From the NCBI GenBank assembly GCA_041615815.1, contig JBFJCP010000006.1, forward strand, positions 64,001 to 128,000: a DNA stretch of 64,000 bases, in the 5' to 3' direction. This DNA is from Gemmatimonadales bacterium (lineage in GTDB: Bacteria; Gemmatimonadota; Gemmatimonadetes; Gemmatimonadales; GWC2-71-9). The translations under genes were made by a program, and so were the position numbers. A model generated the notes under the pieces. That model was given only the letters and a program-made list of their open reading frames with translations. It did no database searches and was not told the DNA's origin. Of the stretch, positions 49,062 through 57,563 are shown piece after piece (position 1 is the first letter of the stretch; every line of letters starts with the position of its first letter).

Positions 49062-49738
49062 GGCGATGGTGTAGCTACTGCGACGATGCGAAAACCGGGA
49101 CGGCGATGCACCGTTCCGCTGAGCCCGGCTTCTCGGAGCAGATCCGTGAGTTCGGCGCATGTGAACCCACGCCGGACCGAGATGACCCCGTCACGACGGC
49201 TGATCCGGTGAAACGCGAGTGCGAACGACGCCAGCCAGATACCCCAGGCCGCCGAGCGTCGACGCTCGATATCGGCAATGACGACGCCGATTCGCACGGC
49301 TCGATGGAGCCGTTGCAGAAGGGGAACCAGCTCCTCCCGCGTGAGATGGTGGAGCAGCTGGCTTACGACCACGACATCCACCGAGCGAGGTCCGAGTGGC
49401 AGATCTCGTACATCTCCCACAATCACGGGAATGTCATGCGTGCGGCACAGCCGGGCCGCCTCCCGATGCCAGTCGAGGGCCAGGGGACGAATGCCGATCC
49501 GCCGAGCCTTGACGTACCCGAGGATATCGCCCATGCCAGCTCCGACGTCCAGAATTGTGACGCGCTCTCCCGGCCGGTGCACCAGCAATCGGTCCAGGCC
49601 GAACGTCACCGCGGCACGACCTCCAAACAGGGTGTTGGCCTTGGCAACGTCGCGCAGTGTAGCGCGAGCCAGTGCCGGGTCGCACGCAGGGGAGTCGAGG
49701 GCCTCGCACCCCCGTGGAGGGAGCACACCGGATCTCAT
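49058..49738 (-). CDS. SAM-dependent methyltransferase
   Basis: E.LD....L......N..FGG, ILDVGAG.GD, LLHHL, DG..SV.RGF...EL. Confidence 0.85.
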   Translation of the reverse strand: MRSGVLPPRGCEALDSPACDPALARATLRDVAKANTLFGGRAAVTFGLDRLLVHRPGERVTILDVGAGMGDILGYVKARRIGIRPLALDWHREAARLCRTHDIPVIVGDVRDLPLGPRSVDVVVVSQLLHHLTREELVPLLQRLHRAVRIGVVIADIERRRSAAWGIWLASFALAFHRISRRDGVISVRRGFTCAELTDLLREAGLSGTVHRRPGFRIVAVATPSP

Positions 49739-50226
49739 GGCCCTTCTCCAATGCCTGTGTAGCCACCGCGGAAATGGAGCAGCGGATGCCGCTCGAACGC
49801 CGCACCATCCACGACTCGTCCGAGGAACACGGTGTGATCCCCCGCGTTCACGGATTCCCACTTCTGACACACCACGTGCGCCACCACTCCAAGCAGGAGT
49901 GGGATACCCCTCGCCGTAGTCCGATACGCAACATCGTCAAACCGTGCCGCCGCCGCTCCCGCGAACTGACGAGAGAGTTCCTGTTGATCATTGGCCAACA
50001 CGTTGATCGCGAACCCCGACGCGCCGTTCATCGCATGGTGAAACGGGTCATCGTGATTGACACAGACCAGTACGAGGGGCGGGTCGAGCGAGACCGATGC
50101 CACGGCGGTGGCCGTCATTCCTTGTGGAGATCCGTCTGAACCGCAGGTCGTGGCCACGGTTACGCCCGTCGCAAAGTGGCCGAGCAAATGCCGGAATTGC
50201 GCGGGGGTAGCAGAGGACGAGGCCAC
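49735..50226 (-). CDS. Flavin reductase (HpaC/RutF-like)
   Basis: FR..LG.FATGV.V, GMTA....SVSLDPPL, F.INVL, GDH....G.V, PL...RG.Y. GTG 50226 overlaps the upstream TAG. Confidence 0.9.
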   Translation of the reverse strand: MASSSATPAQFRHLLGHFATGVTVATTCGSDGSPQGMTATAVASVSLDPPLVLVCVNHDDPFHHAMNGASGFAINVLANDQQELSRQFAGAAAARFDDVAYRTTARGIPLLLGVVAHVVCQKWESVNAGDHTVFLGRVVDGAAFERHPLLHFRGGYTGIGEGP

Positions 50227-51434
50227 TATCGCACCAACTGCCAGGCAAACGACGGCCGAAGCACCACCGAAGGGGGCACGAAGTCGCCCGCCACCCCCAC
50301 CAGGAGGTGGGCCAGCCGCGGTCTGGCGGCGAGCCGCTGTGCGATATGATCGAAGAGCGCGGGCGACCCAACTGCCAAGCCAATCACGCGTTCCACGATC
50401 CACTTGCCCCGAAACGCGCGTCGTCGCGCGGCGTCGTACGGTGCGAGGTGTGAGCGCTCTAGCCGATCGTGGTGGAGTAGGGGGGCGAGGATCCCCTCGA
50501 CCAGTTCGGCGCCGTGCAACGCTGCGTAAATACCCTCACCGGTGAAAGGATCGTAGAAATCCGCCGCGTCGCCCACGAGCAGCGCTCGTCGGGTTGTGGC
50601 CCGCGACACCCAGCGCGCAAAAGGACCCACGGCGCGAACCGGCGTCACGAACTCCGCCCCCGTGAGCCGTGTGGCCACGGCTGGGAAATGTTGCAGCAAC
50701 GCCGCAAGCCATTCACGAGGCGGCGACGAGGGCGGGAATCGATGCACGTCGGTCACTGCCGCTACGTTGGTGACGCCGTCGCCAACCGGCGCGAGGCCCA
50801 CGTACCCCAGTCGGCCTACGTGCATCTCTCCTACGTCGTGCACATCTCTCACCCCCGTCGCGTGCGTCACCAGCGCGACACGGTTCAGCCGCCCTCGCCT
50901 CCGCAGTTCCAATTGGCGCGCCAGGCGTGAGTTCAGGCCATCGGCGCCAATAATGACGCGGCCTCGGATACTGGCGCTACCGCGGGGTCCGCGAAACCGG
51001 ACGACCCGCCCGCCCTGCACGGCCGGCTCCAGTACCTCGACCGTCGAAGCCTCCGAGAGGTGTGCGCCCCGGGACACCGCCATCTCCGCGAGGTGGGTGT
51101 CGAGAATCTCCCGTCGAATCGCGAGACCGTGATCGCGGAAGGCGCGGTAGGGTTGGGCATTTGCGAAACGCCCGACGAATGCAGTCCCGTTCGGCGAGAC
51201 GATACGCATGCCGGCGAGACACGCGTGCGGTTGGGCTCTCAGACGCGCATCCACCCCAAGCCGGTGAAGCACCCTCCCGGCCTCTGGGCTGAGGTATTCC
51301 GCGCAGGGTTTGGATCGCGGAAACGTCGCGCGTTCCAGAAGCGCGACACGGTGGCCGCGTTCCGCGAGCAGCGCGGCGGTGACACAGCCGGCGGGCCCAG
51401 CGCCCACGACCACGACATCGTAGGTCGATCTCAT
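50226..51434 (-). CDS. FAD-dependent oxidoreductase (geranylgeranyl-reductase/monooxygenase superfamily)
   Basis: VVGAGPAG, FPR.KPCAEYLSP, R..LD, IGADG, VGDAA.F.DPFTGEGI. Confidence 0.88.
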   Translation of the reverse strand: MRSTYDVVVVGAGPAGCVTAALLAERGHRVALLERATFPRSKPCAEYLSPEAGRVLHRLGVDARLRAQPHACLAGMRIVSPNGTAFVGRFANAQPYRAFRDHGLAIRREILDTHLAEMAVSRGAHLSEASTVEVLEPAVQGGRVVRFRGPRGSASIRGRVIIGADGLNSRLARQLELRRRGRLNRVALVTHATGVRDVHDVGEMHVGRLGYVGLAPVGDGVTNVAAVTDVHRFPPSSPPREWLAALLQHFPAVATRLTGAEFVTPVRAVGPFARWVSRATTRRALLVGDAADFYDPFTGEGIYAALHGAELVEGILAPLLHHDRLERSHLAPYDAARRRAFRGKWIVERVIGLAVGSPALFDHIAQRLAARPRLAHLLVGVAGDFVPPSVVLRPSFAWQLVR

Positions 51435-51462
51435 GGTTCGGATTCCCGAATCGGCGAAGGCC

Positions 51463-52248
51463 TCATACGAAGGTGCTCCCCACCGCGGCTCCGACCGCGA
51501 AGAGCGCTCCGGTCCCGGACCCGAGGAGATTTACCACGTCGTTGTCGATCCAAGCCACCCCTTTGGCCGCGGAGGTCCTCCGGCCACAGCGATGCACGCG
51601 GGCCTCCGTTTGCTTGTTGCAGGTTTCACAGACATAGCTTGCCTGCAGCGTTGCCCCGAGCACGGAATCGACCAACATGCCAGCGATCCCGCCGATCGTT
51701 GCCGAGACCGCGACGAAAGTGGGTACCCCCAAGACCAGGGCCAGGAGCCCCATCGCGACCGCGCCGCCGATACCGGCGAGCGTGCCCCGCGGGGAGACGC
51801 CGCCGGAGGTGCCAGGGGCAACCGGCAAACCGGATGTTATGAGGCGTGGCCACCTCGGCGCGTGATATCCGATCTCGGTGGCCCACGTGTCTGCCTGGGC
51901 GGCGGTCAAGGAGCCGACGAGAATGGACCAACCGAGCAGGGGCTCGAAGGCGATGCCCACCGCCCCCACCGCCGGCCACAAACCGTTGGCAACCACCTGT
52001 CGCGCCGTGCGACTGGTGTGCCCTCCGGCCACATGCCGAGGGCCGGTGGCTCGCTCGGTGAGTACTGTCAGCGCGCTGCCCGACACGAAGAATAGCGCGA
52101 GAAGTGCAGCCCCGGTGAGATCGCCTCCAGCGAAGACTAGCGTACCGACGAGCCACGCGGCCACCGTGCCACCGTTCGTTAGCCAGCGGAGTGCGCGGCT
52201 CACCAATGCCAACACGCCCGCCCAGATCGCAGCGGCCGCGATGCTCAA
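51463..52248 (-). CDS. DUF92 (TMEM19/VTE6 family) membrane protein
   Basis: WLT..G...A, L..FF.SGS.LT, R.A.QV.ANG, ADTWATEIG, PGTSGGVS..GT, DS.LGATLQ, ND.VN. Confidence 0.88.
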   Translation of the reverse strand: MSIAAAAIWAGVLALVSRALRWLTNGGTVAAWLVGTLVFAGGDLTGAALLALFFVSGSALTVLTERATGPRHVAGGHTSRTARQVVANGLWPAVGAVGIAFEPLLGWSILVGSLTAAQADTWATEIGYHAPRWPRLITSGLPVAPGTSGGVSPRGTLAGIGGAVAMGLLALVLGVPTFVAVSATIGGIAGMLVDSVLGATLQASYVCETCNKQTEARVHRCGRRTSAAKGVAWIDNDVVNLLGSGTGALFAVGAAVGSTFV

Positions 52249-52515
52249 CTACGGCTCCGGTCGCCGCTCGCCGAAGAGGAGCGAACGCAGGATGCGTTTC
52301 CGCAGATGTTCCGGCGCGCGGCCGGACGGGGTACGGGCCTCAACGAACCGTAAGTAGGCAGACTCGAACTCGGCCACTGCAAAACAGTCACGACAAGCGG
52401 CAAGATGCCGGCGGACAGCCTCGTGCTGGTCTTCCGTGAGCTCACCGTCCAGGTATGCATACAGCCGATCGAATGCCTCGCGGCACCCGTGGTCGGTTCT
52501 GCGCTCGATCGTCAT
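52249..52515 (-). CDS. Soluble zinc anti-sigma factor (zf-HC2, RsrA-like)
   Basis: C......LY.YLDGEL, HLAACRDC, AP..LR.RI. No TM; ATGA overlap with the sigma gene. Confidence 0.88.
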   Translation of the reverse strand: MTIERRTDHGCREAFDRLYAYLDGELTEDQHEAVRRHLAACRDCFAVAEFESAYLRFVEARTPSGRAPEHLRKRILRSLLFGERRPEP

Positions 52516-53075
52516 TTGCGCGGCTTGATGTATCCCATCTCCACGGCGTAGTCGTAGAGTACTCGCTGCAGTGCTTGTCGGGCCCGATAGATCCGCGACT
52601 TCACCGTACCGACGGGGACCTCCGTGATTTCCGCGATCTCTTGATAGGAGAGCCCTTCGACGTCACTCAGCACCAGCGATTCTCGAAACTCGTCGGGTAG
52701 GGCGTCGATGGCTTTGAGGACGTCCTCATCGACGATCTGCTCGAAGAACCTGCCTTCCGGGTCGGTTTCCTGCACTTCGGGAAAGACGGTGAACGACTCA
52801 ATATCACTGACGTTGACTTCGGCCGTGGCGCGGCGCCGCTTCCGATACTCGTTGATGAACGTATTGCGCAGGATGGTGAGGAGCCAGGCCCGAACGTTGG
52901 TGCCCGGCCGGTATTGGTGCCACGCCCGAAACGCTTTGAGCATCGTTTCCTGCGCGAGGTCTTCGGCCAGTGCCTGGTTTCCCGAGAGACGAAGAGCGAC
53001 GCGAAAAACGGCATCGAGGTGCGGAAGCGCCTCCCGTTCGAATGCGTGACGTTGAGCGTCTGAGCTGTGTGCCAC
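52512..53075 (-). CDS. ECF sigma-70 factor (SigR/SigH-like)
   Basis: FEREALPHLD, AEDL.QETMLKA, GTN.RAWL.TILRNTFIN, GTVKSRI.RAR. GAGGAG upstream of GTG 53075. Confidence 0.92.
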   Translation of the reverse strand: MAHSSDAQRHAFEREALPHLDAVFRVALRLSGNQALAEDLAQETMLKAFRAWHQYRPGTNVRAWLLTILRNTFINEYRKRRRATAEVNVSDIESFTVFPEVQETDPEGRFFEQIVDEDVLKAIDALPDEFRESLVLSDVEGLSYQEIAEITEVPVGTVKSRIYRARQALQRVLYDYAVEMGYIKPRK

Positions 53076-53190
53076 GATACCCGTTTCTCCTCTTCGCCCC
53101 GCCGACCCGGCGTACGATGGCTCGACTTCGGGGCTCTCGCAATGGTCCGAGCGACGGTTTGCCGGGTCCATTCGTTTGCTACCTTCCGTA

Positions 53191-53216
53191 CAACGGGTTG
53201 GGGGTGTAGGGTTCCC
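53191..53216 (-). promoter_or_regulatory. Candidate ECF autoregulatory promoter
   Basis: Minus strand GGGAAC-N15-CGTTG resembles SigR/SigH GGAAY..GTT boxes, but the spacer is short. Confidence 0.45.
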
Positions 53217-53232
53217 TGTCGATGCGAGGGGG

Positions 53233-53889
53233 ATGATGCGCAGCATGTCACGCCGGTTGGTGCATCCGATCGTTCCGCTGTCTCTTCTGGAGGCGATTCG
53301 CTCTGTAGACCTGCCCACGGACGACGGTCTTGGGGAGCTCGATCCGGATCTGGCAGCCAAGCGGCTCGGGCTCAGCCGCACCGTGGCGCGCCAGATCATC
53401 CGCTACACGAACCTCGCTCGCAAGCGGACACCCGTTGCCCCTGACGAAGTGGTGGGGTTGCTGCGGCTCGTAGGCCGGCGGACCGATGCCGAACGGGTGT
53501 TTGCCGACGCCGGCCGGCGGGCTGCCAAGTACGCCAGCAGCGGTCTTTCGCTGACGGCCCGCCTCACGCACCGGGCCCTCCCCGCATTCGTCCGATCCAG
53601 GTTCGGTCTGGTCCTCGCCAGACGAGCCCTGGCGCGCTCATTCGGTGCTGCGTTTGATCGAGATGGCACCACGATGATCGTCAAACTCGACGATCCACCC
53701 TCCGCGCATGCAACCCCCGAGGGATCCGCCTGCGCGCTTTACGGATCGGCGGTGGTTGCCGTGCTGCAGACGTTCACCGAGACCGCCTGGGTCGTGTCAC
53801 ACCCCGCGTGCCGGGCCCGCGGCGCGTCGTCCTGCCACTGGCACACACAGCCGGAAAACGGACGCAGTTCCGATGACCGCCACCCTTGA
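53233..53889 (+). CDS. Hypothetical protein with a V4R-like Cys motif
   Basis: F..AG..AA, C..Y, H..C...G...C.W. ATG 53245 is an alternative start. Confidence 0.6.
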   Translation: MMRSMSRRLVHPIVPLSLLEAIRSVDLPTDDGLGELDPDLAAKRLGLSRTVARQIIRYTNLARKRTPVAPDEVVGLLRLVGRRTDAERVFADAGRRAAKYASSGLSLTARLTHRALPAFVRSRFGLVLARRALARSFGAAFDRDGTTMIVKLDDPPSAHATPEGSACALYGSAVVAVLQTFTETAWVVSHPACRARGASSCHWHTQPENGRSSDDRHP

Positions 53890-55042
53890 TCGCGAGGCGC
53901 TGCACCAGGCGCTTCGAGAACGGGGTCTCGACGCCTGGCTCTGCTTCGACTTCCATCACGTCAATCCGGTTGCCCGGCGCGTGATCACCTTCCACGGCAT
54001 GGTGACACGTCGGGTCTTTGTATGGCTCCCAGCCGAGGGGGCACCGCAAGCCATCGTGCATCGGATCGATTCGCCAGGCTTGAGGGAGTTCGACGGGGAA
54101 GTCGTCGAGTATACGACGTGGCAAGAGCTGCACGGGATTCTAGAGCCGCTGGTGCGCGGCCGGCGTATCGCCATGGAGATCTCTCCCGAGGATGCCGTCC
54201 CGTATCTGGATCGTGTTCCCGCGGGTGTCGTGCAACTCGTCGAGCGCTTTGGCGCCACGGTGGAACCGTCAGCCCCGCTGGTATCGCTCTTTGCGTCCCG
54301 TTGGACAGCGGCGGAGCTCGCCGAGCATCGTCGGACCGCTGAAATGCTGTGTGAGATCGCTCGTCGAACGCTCGCCCGGGTCGTCAGCCAGGTGGGGACC
54401 GCGCGGGAATACGACGTGCAACAGGAGGTGCTCGCAGAGTTCGCGGCGGCCGGACTCGCCACCGATGATCCCCCAATCGTCGCGTTTGGCCCCAACTCGG
54501 CCAACCCGCATTACGACCCTCCCGAGACAGGGAGCGCGACGCTGGGTGCGGACCAAGTCGTCCTCCTGGACTTGTGGGCCCGGCCCTCGCCGAGCGCGGT
54601 CTGGGCGGACCAGACGTGGATGGCGTTTGCGGGCGAGCGCCCGCCGGAAGAGGTGCAACGAGTATGGACCGCCACCCGAGATGCGCGGGATGCGGTGGTC
54701 CAAAGGCTCCGGCAAGCCCACGAGCGTCGAGAAATCGTAACCGGGGCGTCGCTCGACGATGCTGCTCGCAGCGTCTTGACCGAGCGAGGCTATGGCGACG
54801 CGTTCGGCCACCGCACGGGGCACAGCATCGACAATGACCTCCACGGTTCCGGACCGCACCTGGACAACTTCGAGACTCAGGATGTGCGTGAAATCATTCC
54901 GGGTGTCGGGTTCTCGGTGGAACCCGGCGTGTACCTTGTCGGTCGGTTCGGCGTTCGGAGCGAAATCAATGTGATGCTGTCCGAACAGGGACCGCTCGTC
55001 ACCCCGTCCTCACCCCAGCGCGAACTCCTTCTCCCGGCCTGA
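53873..55042 (+). CDS. M24 family Xaa-Pro peptidase
   Basis: NSANPHY, LLDLW, ADQTW, HRTGH, FSVEPGVY, GVRSE.N. Confidence 0.9.
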   Translation: MTATLDREALHQALRERGLDAWLCFDFHHVNPVARRVITFHGMVTRRVFVWLPAEGAPQAIVHRIDSPGLREFDGEVVEYTTWQELHGILEPLVRGRRIAMEISPEDAVPYLDRVPAGVVQLVERFGATVEPSAPLVSLFASRWTAAELAEHRRTAEMLCEIARRTLARVVSQVGTAREYDVQQEVLAEFAAAGLATDDPPIVAFGPNSANPHYDPPETGSATLGADQVVLLDLWARPSPSAVWADQTWMAFAGERPPEEVQRVWTATRDARDAVVQRLRQAHERREIVTGASLDDAARSVLTERGYGDAFGHRTGHSIDNDLHGSGPHLDNFETQDVREIIPGVGFSVEPGVYLVGRFGVRSEINVMLSEQGPLVTPSSPQRELLLPA

Positions 55043-55064
55043 CGGCCTCACAGACCCGTGTGCC

Positions 55065-56030
55065 TCAGGCCCCGGGGCCGGCCGACGCAAGCGCGGCTCC
55101 GCTTGGAGCCGCCCGTGGCTCACCGACTGAACGTCGGCTGCTGAGCCAGACGAGATAGACGAGACCCACCCAGAGGGCCGTTCCCACCGCGGCGTGCAGA
55201 CCTCTCCACACCGGTGGAAGCAACGCGAGCACCATGACGGCGGCGACCGCGATTTGGAGCGCGGCGATGCCCAGCATCACCCAGCAGGCCGCTCGCAATC
55301 GGACGGGCGCGCGGCGCGCGCTCAGCTGGAGCGCGAGTGCGGCAAGGTGCGCGACGAGCGCGTAGGCGAGCAAGCGGTGTGTCCAGTGCACATGACCGAG
55401 CCCGCTCTCCGAGGCGGCGGGCCAGAACTGCCCGCTGCACAGTGGAAACCCGAGACACGCTGGCCCGGCCCCGAGATTCGCGGTGAGCCCGCCCAGCAGG
55501 ATCACGGCCGCTGCGAGGGCGGCCGCACCGAAGATCGGCCACCGACCCCGGCCGGGTCCAGGCGCCGGCGAAATCCCCACTGTACCCGCGCGTAGGCCGG
55601 TAATCACCAGCGCGGCGAGCAGGGCGAGCGCAACGCTCAGATGCAGCACGACGACTCCAGGAGGCAGCTCCAGCCACACCGTGATTGCTCCGAGGAGCAC
55701 CTGAACGATGAGCAACACCAGGCTCAGGGCCGCGGGTCGCACGGTGCCGCCGCGGCCCGACCCGCCGGTCTCTCGTCTTCGAAGCCACGCCCCCGCTGCC
55801 ACGATAAGGACGAGTACGCTCACCGCGGCGGCGACCAGACGATGACTCCACTCGATGAGTGTGGCGGGGTCGTTGAGCGGGGGGATCAACCGCCCGTTAC
55901 AGAGGGGCCAATCGTCGCCGCACCCCATCCCGGATCCTGTGATTCGGACAAAGGCGCCAAGGACGATGAGGGCGTACGCCAAGCCGGCGGTGACAAAGGC
56001 CCATGCCCGGAGCGAGCGCGGCGTGATCAT
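55065..56030 (-). CDS. ctaA: Heme A synthase (COX15/CtaA)
   Basis: G..VR..GSGMGC..WPLC, IEWSHR, Q..LG..TV, HL, second Cys pair, HR. Confidence 0.88.
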   Translation of the reverse strand: MITPRSLRAWAFVTAGLAYALIVLGAFVRITGSGMGCGDDWPLCNGRLIPPLNDPATLIEWSHRLVAAAVSVLVLIVAAGAWLRRRETGGSGRGGTVRPAALSLVLLIVQVLLGAITVWLELPPGVVVLHLSVALALLAALVITGLRAGTVGISPAPGPGRGRWPIFGAAALAAAVILLGGLTANLGAGPACLGFPLCSGQFWPAASESGLGHVHWTHRLLAYALVAHLAALALQLSARRAPVRLRAACWVMLGIAALQIAVAAVMVLALLPPVWRGLHAAVGTALWVGLVYLVWLSSRRSVGEPRAAPSGAALASAGPGA

Positions 56031-57445
56031 GAGAGTGCGTATCCGAAGACGACGAAGAGGATCGTGGCCCCGCCCGCCGCAATCAGCGCGTACGGGAGCT
56101 GCGTCCGCACATGATCGATGTGATCGGTGGCGGACGCCATGGATGCCACGATGGTGCTGTCGGAGATCGGTGAACAATGGTCGCCGAAGATCCCGCCGCC
56201 CAGCGCAGCCGCAACCGTGAGCGCGGGATGGAGGCCCAGAAGCTCCACCATGGGAATGACGATGGGGATCATGATCGCGAACGTTCCCCACGAAGTTCCG
56301 GTGGCGAACGCGATGAAGCACGCCAAGAGGAATACCACCGCGGGAATGACTCCGATGGGCAGCGCGGCCTGTGCCGCTTGCGCGACGAACACGCCCGTGC
56401 CGAGCTGCCGAGTGGTGATGCCGATCGCGAACGCCAGCGAAAGCACGATCACCAACGGTACGAGACCCTGGATTCCTTTGATGACGTTTTGGCTCATTTC
56501 CTCGAGGGTCATGATCCGTTGTACGGCGTAGGCAATGGCGCCGACCAGGAGGCCGACGATCACACCCCACAGGACGGCCTGGGAGCCGCTTCCGGCCTTG
56601 AAGTTTCCATCACCGGTGATCCAGAGGACCACCGGAACCATGAGGACCATGGTGGCAATGGGGAGCACCATATTGATAGCTCGACGCGGCGCTCCGCTCA
56701 GCGCCTCGGCCATGGCGACCTCACTCGACATCATGGGTTTGGCGCCGTCCCGCAGCAGCTTCCCCTCCTCGCGAACGCGGCGTTCGGCCTCGCGCATGGG
56801 CCCGAGGTTCCAGCCGGTCATCACCACCACAAGCGCCAAGAGGATAGCCATGATCGCGTAGAAGTTGAGGGGAATCGTCGCGAAGAAGAGAAGCTCCGGA
56901 CTCTGGACTCCTTGGGCAGCGAGCAATCCGATGACGTAGGCAAACCACGCATTCAGCGGGATGAGGATGCACTTGGGTGAACAGGTGGCGTCGATCAAGT
57001 AGCTGAGCTTCTCCCTCGAGATCTTGACCCTGTCAAAGAGTGGCCGTGCCACCGAGCCGGAAACGAGGAGACCGAAATTGGACTCGAGAAAGACGGCCAT
57101 GCTCACGGCCACCGTCACGAGCCCCACCGATCGTTCCGATCGAGTGAGGCCACGATCCTCGACCCAGCGAACGAACCCCTCCATGCCGCCCGAGGCTTGC
57201 GCAAACGTGATCATGGCACCGATTAGTGCGCTGAACAGGAGGACCCGAGCGTTGTCACCGTCGGTGACGGCCTGGACGTACACGTCCACCGAGCCTATGA
57301 GTCCCTCGACGGGATTCCAAGCGTTCATGATGGTCCAGCCGAGGACCACGTAGAGGGCCAACGATACATAGACCTGCTTGGTCTTGATCGCCATGGCGAT
57401 GGCGATGATCGGCGGGAGGATCGACAGCCACCCGTAACTTTGCAT
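56027..57445 (-). CDS. Na+/H+ antiporter NhaC family transporter
   Basis: WLSILPP, ISREKL.Y..D.T..P, FATGTSWGTF.IM, GDHCSPISD.T..AS, HV.TQLPYA. Confidence 0.88.
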   Translation of the reverse strand: MQSYGWLSILPPIIAIAMAIKTKQVYVSLALYVVLGWTIMNAWNPVEGLIGSVDVYVQAVTDGDNARVLLFSALIGAMITFAQASGGMEGFVRWVEDRGLTRSERSVGLVTVAVSMAVFLESNFGLLVSGSVARPLFDRVKISREKLSYLIDATCSPKCILIPLNAWFAYVIGLLAAQGVQSPELLFFATIPLNFYAIMAILLALVVVMTGWNLGPMREAERRVREEGKLLRDGAKPMMSSEVAMAEALSGAPRRAINMVLPIATMVLMVPVVLWITGDGNFKAGSGSQAVLWGVIVGLLVGAIAYAVQRIMTLEEMSQNVIKGIQGLVPLVIVLSLAFAIGITTRQLGTGVFVAQAAQAALPIGVIPAVVFLLACFIAFATGTSWGTFAIMIPIVIPMVELLGLHPALTVAAALGGGIFGDHCSPISDSTIVASMASATDHIDHVRTQLPYALIAAGGATILFVVFGYALS

Positions 57446-57563
57446 GGTCGAGGTAACTGGTTTCCGGTGTCAGGGTATCGAAAAGTGGCTCCAAAGATAC
57501 CCTCGGGACCGCTTCGGCGCGTTTCCGGTGCATTGACCATAGCGGGATCATGACGGACATCCG

